A stretch of DNA of 64,000 bases. Origin: Azolla caroliniana. Lineage: Eukaryota; Plantae; Polypodiophyta. The notes under the pieces are model-generated. The model worked only from the letters and a program-made list of their open reading frames with translations, ran no database searches and was not told the DNA's origin. The translations under genes and the position numbers were made by a program. Location of the stretch: positions 35,836,001 to 35,900,000 of the forward strand of contig JBHGNT010000001.1 of the NCBI GenBank assembly GCA_043228905.1, in the 5' to 3' direction. Each line of letters starts with the position of its first letter. Positions within the stretch are counted from its first letter, which is position 1. Below, piece by piece: positions 13,501 to 24,612 of this stretch.

Positions 13501-16500
13501 TTGTCTATCATATTACTTGATGGGAGTCTGGAAGAATAAACTAATGATGTCTAACGGCTGTTGAGAAAATGGGCGATCCTTCTGTCTGCCTTGCATTTCT
13601 TGCAACTCGAAAAATCTAGTATGCAATGCCTATACCCTCATGTAGTGCCCCTCCTCTCTCCCCGTATCAGCCCTCATCACGCAATTCTAAACAAAACTAC
13701 ATGTCCTACACCATAATGTACAAAATCCCTCCACCTGATCCGTTGTCACTTCCAGATAGAGACTATTCTCTCGTTGGCAGACTCGGGTAGATCACAAGCC
13801 CAACAAAAATCATATAATGTTTTTCAGTTGGTTCCATATGACATATCTACTCTTAGCACAATCATGGTGAGCTCCACTATTGCCAACTTGAATAGCACAA
13901 TCATGGAGGAAAAGGTAAGTGCATAAGCTGAAAGTGGAAACAAATGAGCGCTTGGGGAAGCAGGTTTTAGAACAAACCACGCCTTGGTGGATCATTTGGT
14001 TACATTAAGACTAATTATGGAAGAACGTCGGCTACAAGGAGGACTTGGGTTACTTGTGTAATTCTGGTTGCACTTAAGATACTAACTGCTGTACCCGAAG
14101 CTATTCCGCTAATTTTAAAAAAGCTTATGATATATTATCACGAAGTGAGCTTTGGAATAGAATGCTAGAAATTGGCATGTCATTAGAGCATCTAGTTTCT
14201 ATTGCACGGTTACATGAGCAGATGCCAACTAAACACTGAGAATGTGTTCTCATAATGCTTTCAAGTAACATGGGGTTTAAGAAAGAATGTCCACTATCAC
14301 CTACACTATTTGGTTTATGAATTGATAAATTTGAAGAAGTGGTGAGCAAGTTGCCAAAAAGAAAGAAAGAAAGAAAGAAATATCAACATCTATTAAGAGG
14401 CCAAAATGGACTATAAAACCAAACAAGAGATTATATTTTAAGTGTTGTCTTGTCTTTGAGAACAACAAAGCAAAATAAAATAAATATTACTCCGTAAATA
14501 TAGAAGTAAATAACATAAAAAGAGACGATGGAAACTGGATTTCGGCACATGTGCGATTCTCAAGTTAGATGTATTGTAACTTTTGTCTTCGAAAGATCTC
14601 TAGCATAGGTCGATCCAGAATGGAAAGGTCTCAGAAGCAAGGGAAACACCTGTGATGGCGGGAGATAATGACTTTTATTTGTCGATGACCAGAGAAGAAG
14701 GATTAGATACTCCAAAATTGATGCAACAATTTATCTTATTGGTTTTATATGTGGATGGCGTGGTTATCTTTTCATATGATTTTGATGGTATGCAATGTTT
14801 ACTTGGAGCATTAGAAGCATTCTGAAAAGTAATGGACTAACTTTCAATGTGGATAAAACAAAAATGATGGTGTGTGAACCATCTCATTCCATGAAATTAG
14901 ACCAAGGAAGAAGTGGAAAGAAGCTAAAAGGACAAAATTAGAATATTACATTGCAAAACATCAACCTTGAATGCTGGGTTCAATAAGGAAGGAAGGCCTA
15001 TTGATTGTATTCAACCTTATCTCATGTTTTGTCAAATATAAAGGCATGTAAGGTATGAGAGGAAGGGCCAGTAGACAATGATTTTTACATGGTTCGCATA
15101 TAATGCAATTTGTGTAAGCTATGATGACATATCAAGAGGGTTGATGACTTGAGTATCACACTAAAGAGAACACCTAGAAGGTTGAGCTTATATGTGTACG
15201 ACTTATTCACACATGGAAACTTTGTGCCACAAAGTATGAATATCTTTTCTTAGGAAGGAGACACAGATCAAGAAAACTTTTGTACATTTGTCCCATGGGT
15301 CAATATTGGTCTCTTTATGGACGCTAAAAAATGATCTAATCTAATCTAGATCTATATATCTTTTCCCCCTTGCCCTCAAGGTCTATCTATCCAAATGCTT
15401 TAGTCACTCGTTGGTAAATGTTTACAAAACTAAAACGATGGCGGTTAACACTATTAAAGCATGGATAAGAAGATCAGAAGTGGAATTCTTGTTGGGAGAG
15501 GTAAATGTAGCATACACATGATCTACGCATACTAAGAAGCAATATTCACACGGCCTTAGTTTTCCCTATGGGAGGTTGCTTGTGCTTGACATTCTCGTGG
15601 ATATGCAGCATTAATTCTCTTGAAAGACAATGTGCAATATACAAGTCCCAAACAACAAATGAAACTGTGGTTTGATACACTTTTGTCACCTACTGTTCTC
15701 AATGGGGTAGAAATATGGAAAGATTTCGAGAGAACCGATGATTGCCTGCATGATAATGCAATGAATGTAATCTCTCGTTAGGTCTCATAGGCGACGATAG
15801 CCTCTTAAAAGATGCCATTGTATCTCTCGTTCTTTCTTCATTAAGGCTATTCTAATCTATTAGCTAATCTCCTCACGGTAATCTCTATTTTTTGTTTCTT
15901 GCGTTAAATTTTCTCCCTAACCTCAAGGCTATTCTCTATGCTGCACTAGTGTTTCCCAGTAATGTCTTTACCCTAATGGTTGCATTGATCTTTCTATTAT
16001 GTTCAAGGCTTTTGTCTGGTTGCATTGGATGTAGATTAATCTTTGTCCTATCGTTCTTTGTAAGGCTATTCTAATCTATGCAGTAATCTCATTGCATTAA
16101 TCTAAATATAATGGACTTTGAGTTGACAACTTATGAAGATGAGGCTTTAGAGACACATGTAGAAGAGGTGGATATATGGAAGATAATGAGACGATACAGA
16201 AGAAGGAAAGAAAGGGATGGGGCCACCCTGAGTTGTGCTTGAAGGATACATCATATGCCAAAAATGAATGTACTGTCAGATGGAATGAGGAGAAATGCTA
16301 TGTATTATGAGAATTGACTAGTGAAGGGATTAATCAAATAATATCAGATATAGAAAAGTTTTTGAAAGCTGAAATGAACTACACAGCGAATGGGAGGGGT
16401 AAATCAGAAACGATAACTATATGCTTTTTTACGAAGGAATTTATTACAAGTTCTAAGAAATGAAATCGGAAAGCCTTGAAATGCAATCTATTATAGAAGT

Positions 16501-19500
16501 TGAAGATGATATTGCAGAAATAAAATCAAGGGAGGTCTAATCATTCTTTCTTGGTGAGCCAAACCATTAAAATAGATAAATGGAAAAAAAGCTTCTCATC
16601 GGTAAAAAATAGGGTAAAGAAGGAAATGCAAACACTGGCAAAAGGTAGCTAAACATTATCAGAAAGAAATAAAAGAAAATGTGCCTTTGATAAAGATACT
16701 CAAGAAGCCAAAAGAGCACCTATAGAAGTTGGAAGTGACAAATATGACATTAAAAGAAGCTAAAAACAATGCTGTGCATTGGAAGTTGTTGGGTGAATTG
16801 AATAAGAAGCCCACAAGATGTCAGGAATCTCAGAACAAGGATCAGGGCATCAGAGGTTCCAATATCTTTGACATGGCGAGTGGGAAGAAGAGTCTCGACC
16901 TAACAGACTTTATTTATGCTCTTCATGAATATGGAAAGAAAAACATTTTCCTATCCAAGCGAAGAGCTCTCAAAGTTGACAATATATATGATGGGCGGGA
17001 AAGTAGCACACTGCCACTGCATGGAAACATGCCATGAGTGTGTGATGCAAGAAAAGATGAAGGGGCTGTCTATAGAAATGGTATGGTTATAATTACAGAG
17101 AAGAAGACCACATAAAAATGTATGGCCTATGAGGCATTATGCATGACTAAATGGAATTGTAATGACTCTTTCATTATAGATGGTAGGTAATTTGAAGATA
17201 CCCTCAAGAATGCATACAGTTTTATGTATACAGAGATCCATCAATATGTCGGTAGTACACTCCTCAAGTGGAATATAGATGGGATTCAATGTTGTGTTCA
17301 TATTAATGCACAAGGAAACACCAGAGGCTTGAGTGAAATTGCTCTATTGTACAAATAGGAACCAAGAAAGATCTGTTAATGTCAAAATGGCCAAAATGTC
17401 CTATAAAACCAAGATTACATCTTAAAATGTTGTCTGGTCTTTGGGAGAAGTTGTTTAAGGACATCAACACACGCACTATAGGTCACCAAAAAAGAACCAT
17501 TCCAAACTTCATATTGATGTGAAAATGAAGGGCTACAGAAGTAGATAGTTGACCACAACATTTCAAAGTCGTCACATTTGGCAACTACAGTTTGTTGTGC
17601 ATGTAGATTATGATTCAACATTGTAAATAAATTTATAAGTGTGCCATTTTGCTGCTGCTATGTCCATTATACAGAATGTATGTGATTATCTAGATAGTGG
17701 TACTCTTAAGTGATTGTGAACTATCCATATTATCTGTCCTAACAAATTGTTTTCTGTCATGTCATAGGTTAGGCTAAAAACTTTGAGGTTCTTTTAATAC
17801 CTTTTAATTCAACTCAAAATTCAATTGTTGTGCTCGAACTTAGTGCTGACAATGTTGAGTTTGTAGTGAACAGGTATCATATTATAGCGCTGACAACTCA
17901 ATCTCTGAAAATTTCCTTTTATTTATTTATTTTCTGTCTATCGTCATTTTTATGGCTGTTTGCGGATCATTGTCAAAGAATTAAAGAGATTGAATGCTAC
18001 ACCTTCACTATAAATAGATACTTTGTATATTTCATGCATCTGAAATAAATTCAATAGAGTTTTTTCTCTTTTGTAAGCATACATAAGATTCGTTTCATTG
18101 ATACAGATAAGATTTTCAGTCATTAATGTTGGGTGTATAGGAGTCCTGGCAAAATACTTTCAGTGAAAACATCAAAATTTGAGGCCCTTTCAAGTGATGG
18201 ATTCTCTGAGGTGACTGTTGTCAACACTGGAGAACTAGTATCAGCCTTTACCCTTGGAGTAAGTACAATTAATTTCTATAATGCTATAACCAGAAAATAT
18301 CATCACAAGTTAATCACGATCTTATGTGAACATACATAATGACAAAATCTCATTTATGTGAAAAGCTAGTAGAAATATGCAAATCTGAAAGCAGATGTAT
18401 GCTCGTGCTGTGAGATGAGGCATATGCAAGTTTAGCTCTGAAGGTTGGATCCACAAAGAAATTGTTGACTAGGTCATAGGCTCATCCACACTACATAGGA
18501 TGGCTGGAGAAAGATGTAGCAATAGCTTTAATTTTACCCTTAACACTATGGCCAAAGTATTTCAAGAGAAAATCCACAATACATAGGAGTGAGTATATTT
18601 TCACTTGGATGTGATCTCTCCTGCAGGAGATGAGATTCTGTGGATGCTATGAGATACCCAAAATCATTTCAGTGGTAGTGGGCCCCTATGGAGGAACAGC
18701 CTGAATTCCTATCCTGGCATAGTTCGCTTCTATGCAACTGCCAATTTCTTACATCAGAAGTGAATGTAAGCCTCAGTTCACAAAATGGAAGTGAGAATAG
18801 ATTTCGACTTGAATGCTTTCACCAAACTGAAGTATGGTCAAGATATTGACAGTCACATAGATTTCGACTTGAATGCTTTCACAAATCTGAAGTGGATTCA
18901 AGATATTGACAGTCACATAGAAGCTAATTATTCCCCAAAGTAGGATAGAGAATAGATATTGGCTTCGCGTGAAGGAGATGAAGAATTTTGTGGATGCTGT
19001 GAAACACCTCAAGTAGTTGCAGTTTTAGTGGGCCTCTGAGGAACCACATTAATTCCTTGGGGAATAGTCAGCTTATCAAATATGGAAGAAAGTCGCAAAA
19101 TAATGCTCTTTATGAATGGGAGTCAGGAAAAGTGGGTTTAACTTAGCATGCCAAAACCAAGGCGCTCATGTTCCAAAGAACACAGAAGTTAAAAAGTCCA
19201 AGTTTTTGAGATGGGGTAACAAATCAAAATAGAGTAACCCATCAGGGGTCAATGAACGATCCTTTTGCCTCTACAAGGTAGGTCATCGGATCTTAAGTTT
19301 GTGTTACCATCTTTGGGCTCAGAAGGTGCCTTTAATATCTCCTGGAAAATGTCCCATGAAATAGATGCAGGAGGCATGATAAGATATGAAACCAAAATTC
19401 ATTTTAATATACCGAGTTTGTGTATGTTAATGCTGCTATATACCAGTTTGCATATGTTAATGGTGAATATCATAATTCTAGACGTGCTTTTTTGCCATCT

Positions 19501-22500
19501 TACACTACCACAAGTTAGGATATATTGAAAAGCTACCTGTTATGTTAATAGATTCTAATTATTTTATGTTCTGTTGTTTCTTTTTAGCTTGATTGTCCAA
19601 TGGGAATACAATCCTCTCCGGTAATTCTACTTAAACCATTTCTCGCAAATAATATATCCCTGACATGTGTATTATAATTACTCAAAAATAAATCTCTAAT
19701 GATTAGGTGGTGTCTGAACTGTTGGAATAGATAGTATAGGTCCTAAGCTTAAGGCAAAAATGCTAAGATTAAGAAGAGATACCAAAAACGGATCCAAATA
19801 CACAAGTCTTAACTGTGTATGAAGTTGTATGTTTTATTAAATATTAAGGATTGTGTGCGAGTACATTTCTTCTATTGTACATTTCTTTAAGCATACCTGT
19901 CCATGCAACAAGAGAGACCTAAGTATATATCTTAGGGTTATTAGCCATAAGTGTTAGTAAATATATATCTTTTCTCTTATTGACTCCCTCAGTTATAGCC
20001 CCAATATAAAGGAGCTATATTTTGATGCTAGATTTTTGTAGGCCATTGGGAAGCCCACAGCTATACTGAGAATGATTTGGACAGAAACGTGAGATATTTC
20101 CAGAAAAAGGCTACTTCAACCATTTTTCCAGAAAAAGAATCCTGTTTTTACCTCAATGAGATGACTGTTTAAAGCCCTGATAATATCCATCTCACACTTT
20201 TGTATGTATCTGATGTATATGAACCATTTGTCCGTTATGCATGTCGTTAGAGGATTTGGAATGTCGCTGATTATGATAACGATTTATATACTGTAAGCCA
20301 TGGGAACCACATAAAATTGCCAGATATGGCATGGAAGCAATACCAATGATATCTCGGATATATAAACTTCTATAGAATGTAAATGAGGACTATGTAGACA
20401 TTTATACCTGCAGTTGAAACTTGCTTCATCTAAATAGTGAGTACAGAAAGGTGACACTGAATTGTTGATATGAAAAGATGGATTAATGCTTTCATCATTG
20501 GATATGCAATATTTCATTCCCACATCTGCCATTAGACCTAGGTAGAAGATAGTGCCTTACCTACATATGCCTGCAGATAATTTAACTGTTGAACTACAGT
20601 ATGAATGTACACATGTTTTTTGATAGGAAATAAGAAGCTTGCCTCATTACATTAACTGAAAATTCAGATATGAATGGTCGTCTATCAACCAGTTGAGCTT
20701 AAATACAATAAATCTCCTAGGAGATTTTACTCTTCAATGGTCATCTATGCTGTACAATATCTCTGAATGGATACCTTTGTTTAGATGAAACTTTGATATT
20801 CCATTGTTCAGGAAATTAACATAGAAATCCACTGTCATATTAGTAGGATACTTATACACATTGATCAAACTATGGCTAGAAATTGAAGACACCATGCCAG
20901 TTATAGGCTCAGCCAGATGAGAGACTTCCTTTAAATACATACTACCAGACGGCAATCCTGTTGACATGCAACCGATAATTCTTTTTCAGCCAAGAGCACT
21001 AACACTGGATAGCACCATTCCTTTGTTTTGCAAATGATTTTGCTGCTATGTAGATCATGACCGCAATTTGATGATGGCATCAACATCAAATCTGTTATGT
21101 TCTGACTTGACATTGGATGACACTTCTGACTCAACAAAGTATATCTTGTATTGCCCTTTGTCATGGAAGATTTTGGTGGAACAATCCCAACCACATTTAT
21201 AAACAATTTTATAAGCCCCAACTCCAAGTGTAAATACCTTCTTTACTCTTTGGATAGACGAGTGGGTAGATGTTTAAAATCAATACCTGTGAGAAGACAC
21301 TCAAAAAGAAAAATATATTAAATGGCCTCTGAGATCGAATGAGATATTACATTTTAAATGGTGTCTAATCCTTGAGAAATAAATATAACACAAAGTAAGG
21401 TACTAAAAAGTCTCATTAACTGAATTTAGATAGATTGAAACTTCTACCTTCGAAATATCTCCAAAGGGACGGCAGCATCCCTGATGTCTGGTGATAAACA
21501 TCTTGGTTGATTGATATAAGTCTGAACAAGAGATTGGATCTCCATTTTTTTCTAATATTAGAGAACAAACCAAAGTAAACAGACTAGATATAGGCTGTCA
21601 CAAACAAAGCCATTGAGAGAGACATTACTAGATATAAGGAGTAATAAACCCTATTGAGCCTTTAATATAGTACCAGATGTAGATTGCTTTATCCAATGCT
21701 TATGGTTAAGATATCAGTGAACTGAAGGCATCATTGAATAAAATAATCTTTATATTCAACATGGTTGGCATGTGGTAGAGAAATTCCATAGAAAGCAGAC
21801 TTAAAAGTAATTGTAAACTGTTAATGAGAAATGACATCTTCCAAACTTGTACATTATTTTTTTCTTTCTCTCTTTCAAACGTTTTACAATCAAATATATT
21901 AGAATTGATCTAATACTCTTTTTAGGCTAAGTCAGTGAGTTTACGTCCAAATGAGCCCAAAACAGAACACTTCCAATTGAGTTCTGAACAGTCATCATCT
22001 CAAAATTTCAATTGTACCGGTGATTTTCTTTCTTGCTCTGTTCAATTAAGTCCTATAAGGTTGCATAAGTAACTTCTACAACCCTGTAGTAAGCATTCAA
22101 TTTTTTCTGATGAATAAAAATATTCCTTTTTAAGTTAATGGTCATCTTGCCATTAATACATAATACAGTTTCCTTGCAACACTTAAGATGTAACGATTGG
22201 TTAATCGTCCTTTGGGTCCTTACTATTTCTTGCAAGATGGATTCTTATGTTTATAGTGGATCTTTATGGTAAAAAACCTTAGGGTTTTGTTGTAAACATG
22301 GGTTTTTTTCTTAACCATAGACAAATTCATCTTTCTACTGTAAGAAAACTAAAATTAAAAAAATGGTTATTTCAATGCTGTATCATAATTTATGTGTTAA
22401 ACCAAACTTTTATGTCAATGTGTGTTGGTTCTATCTGTTCAAAAGCAGTCCGATTGAGAGACTCAGAAGCTGAGATTGTTGATGCATTAGATGCATTTAT

Positions 22501-24612
22501 ATCAGTAACAGCAACAAAATTTACTAACACATCTAAGGTAATCAATCAACATCATAGATGGATTTATATTTACTCTTGTTAATTTCCATTTTTTCTTTAA
22601 TTCTTTGTTTGCAAACGTGGTTTCTGTATCATAGATTCTAAACATAAAATATAATACTCCATTGTATTTCTTTCAATATGGCTGATAGCTTTTCCCTGAG
22701 AATCATGTTCTTTTACATGTAAATTGATTAGATGAAATCCAAAGGTGTCTCCAAACAACTTAGCACAGTGCGCAATGGAGGGGGAATCTTAGGATTCTTG
22801 GGAGATTCAATTGGTGGAGTGTTGGGCTTCACAAAGACAGTTGCATTTAATTTAACAGGTGCAGTCGCAGGACTCGGTATTAAAGCAGTGTATGCAATTT
22901 TTGGACCTACTATCGGAGGAATCTTCGAAAGCCTTGTCACAGTAACATCAGCTATACTTCGTTGGATCATCAATGGCTTTAGTTTTACGACTATTTTTGG
23001 CCGGAAAAAATGCCAGTAAGTATAAGGAGCAAAGAATTTGTAAATCATTTCCTAATTGCTAACTTTTCACTCGTTTAGTATGTGCACTGCGCCCAACTAT
23101 ATAATCATAAATTTTCATAAAAAACTATATGTGCATGTAAGTATTATTTTATACTTTAATAGTAAGTCAAAAAACTTTCAATATTTAAAGACGACCAAAA
23201 TGACCTAGGAGACCAAAAGTTAGATCCATGTGAATCTTATGGAAGAAAGAAAGAGATATATTAATGTGTTTTAAGAGGCAAAAATGGCTTATAAGACCAA
23301 ATGGCTTGTAAAATGTTCATTTATGACAACAAACCAATCTAAATATTATTAGATTAGTAGAACTATGTGAGATACCAGATGTACTCCTTGGCTCAGCACT
23401 TCACAATGGAATAAAAATTCAGACCTCAGGATATCTCTAGCACAGGCTGATATAATGTATAGAGGTAATGGAAACATGGAACCATAATGTATAACAAGGT
23501 TGTCAGAGCATGGCCATGGTTCAGATCAACATGGCCTATGTGCACAGGAAATTGCTCTTGTCTGGTCTATTTTAACCCTTATCAAATGAGTAGCACTTGT
23601 TTCTCTCAAGTATGACAGGTGATGGTGGTAAAGAAGGTTTTGATTGTTCTTTGCTAGTAATTTCATGGTTGTATAGTTGTCATTCATGTTCCGTTGCCTC
23701 GTTGAGTGAACTAAAGCATTAGTACAATGGCAAACATCATGGTCCTCTGGTTCTATATCCCAATGGCAGATATCTTCCTCTGTAGATTTGCTTACATACA
23801 ATCCTTTCTCAGTCGTAACTGACGTGTAGGGGTGTTGAGTTTCCTTATTGCGCTATGGAGCACACTACTATGAGTATGAATGGTTGATTGTAGCCTTTGA
23901 TTTCTACTAATTGTAACAATTTACATATAATCTTTAACATTTAGAATTTTTAAATGTCAATTCTCATATTTGCATATACTCCAAATGTAGATGTGAAAGT
24001 CAGTTTGATGTTGGATGTCTGATTTCAAACTATTGCTTCTCGAGCTTGCTGGTTTTAATTGGCATCCTACTGCTAGCAGTGGGAGGTAACTTCTTTTCAA
24101 GTATTTCTATAATTGTTTATATTGACATTTTTCACTGAACAATGAGAAGTCAAATGACATTCTTATTCCTATTTGTAGTTTTAATGGGGCTTTATTTCTG
24201 CTATAAAACGGGGTGGCTTGGTAAAGTGGCAAACTGCATGGGAAGCTGTTGTCGAACTCAAACATCAGAGGATGAATATGGAGATGTAGAACATGAGAAT
24301 GAAGAAGCCAGTGACAATGTACCTGAGCCAAAACCCAAATCCAAATCCAAATCTAAATCCAAATCCAAATCCAAATCCAAATCAGAATCAGAATCAGAAT
24401 CAGAAACACAGGCACAATCAAATACAGAAGCTAAACACAATGAAGAAACAAATTATATTATGCCAGTACAAATGGTTGTCTTGGCTCAAATCCCTCAAAC
24501 ACCTTACCAATATGCCCAAGCGGCTGAATCACCTTATCAATATGCTCAAACACCTGATCCATCATATGATTATACGCAAACACCGTATTCATCTTATGGA
24601 TATGGTTATTAA
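4598..24612 (+). CDS. HAP2: HAP2/GCS1-family class II gamete fusogen (fusexin), divergent; 18 exons, 2316 nt, 771 aa
   Basis: Exons: 4598-4822, 6081-6218, 6470-6540, 6853-6886, 7035-7107, 9108-9159, 10707-10788, 12768-12908, 13114-13284, 13385-13465, 17773-17873, 18141-18258, 19588-19620, 21926-22019, 22449-22537, 22732-23015, 23991-24085, 24179-24612. All introns are GT-AG, phases are consistent, and there is no internal stop. Motifs: signal peptide, ILSKSNIEKC..C.QKIV, YPLEYLQNFNRQPYE, GICCNCG..HRG..C, HCVRW..W, EGDL..Y, WLIIDR..CDLIGTSY.AF..C...CL..QL (HAP2-GCS1 domain), ELSADNVEFVVNRSPGKI, FEAL..G..V.NTGE, C..FDVGC....C, then TM. The start could be a downstream Met (e.g. 4628). Confidence 0.93.
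7480..10660 (+). mobile_element. Cluster of degenerate, 5'-truncated RTE-like LINE 3' ends in HAP2 introns 5-6 (copies at about 7480-8090, 8200-8950, 9570-10210; tail fragments near 9345-9385 and 10590-10660)
   Basis: Repeated ORF2 C-terminal remnant FYEIKGR.H.LFKQ.FG.LH.VMEY...CLG.FLLELKRH (9601-9735; 8325-8460). Shared 3' motif GAGACAAT.TTTTAAGAT.T.ATCTCTTGTTTGGTCT.ATAG.CCATTTTGGCCTCTTAA, followed in some copies by TTTC-rich tails. Confidence 0.75.
13830..15720 (+). mobile_element. Fragmented RTE-clade LINE reverse-transcriptase region in HAP2 intron 10, interrupted by an inverted LINE 3' end (~14360-14690)
   Basis: Degenerate translations AGFRTNHALVDHLVTLRLIMEE (13958-14025), MGFKKECPLSPTLFGL.IDKFEE (14269-14340), LVLYVDGVVIFS..NVDKTKMMV (14735-14872) and FDTLLSPTVLNGVEIW (15671-15718) match RTE RT motifs, with stops and frameshifts. 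Confidence 0.8.
18797..18920. repeat. 60-bp tandem duplication in HAP2 intron 12
   Basis: ATAGATTTCGACTTGAATGCTTTCAC.AA.CTGAAGT...TCAAGATATTGACAGTCAC occurs twice, 60 nt apart. Confidence 0.9.
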
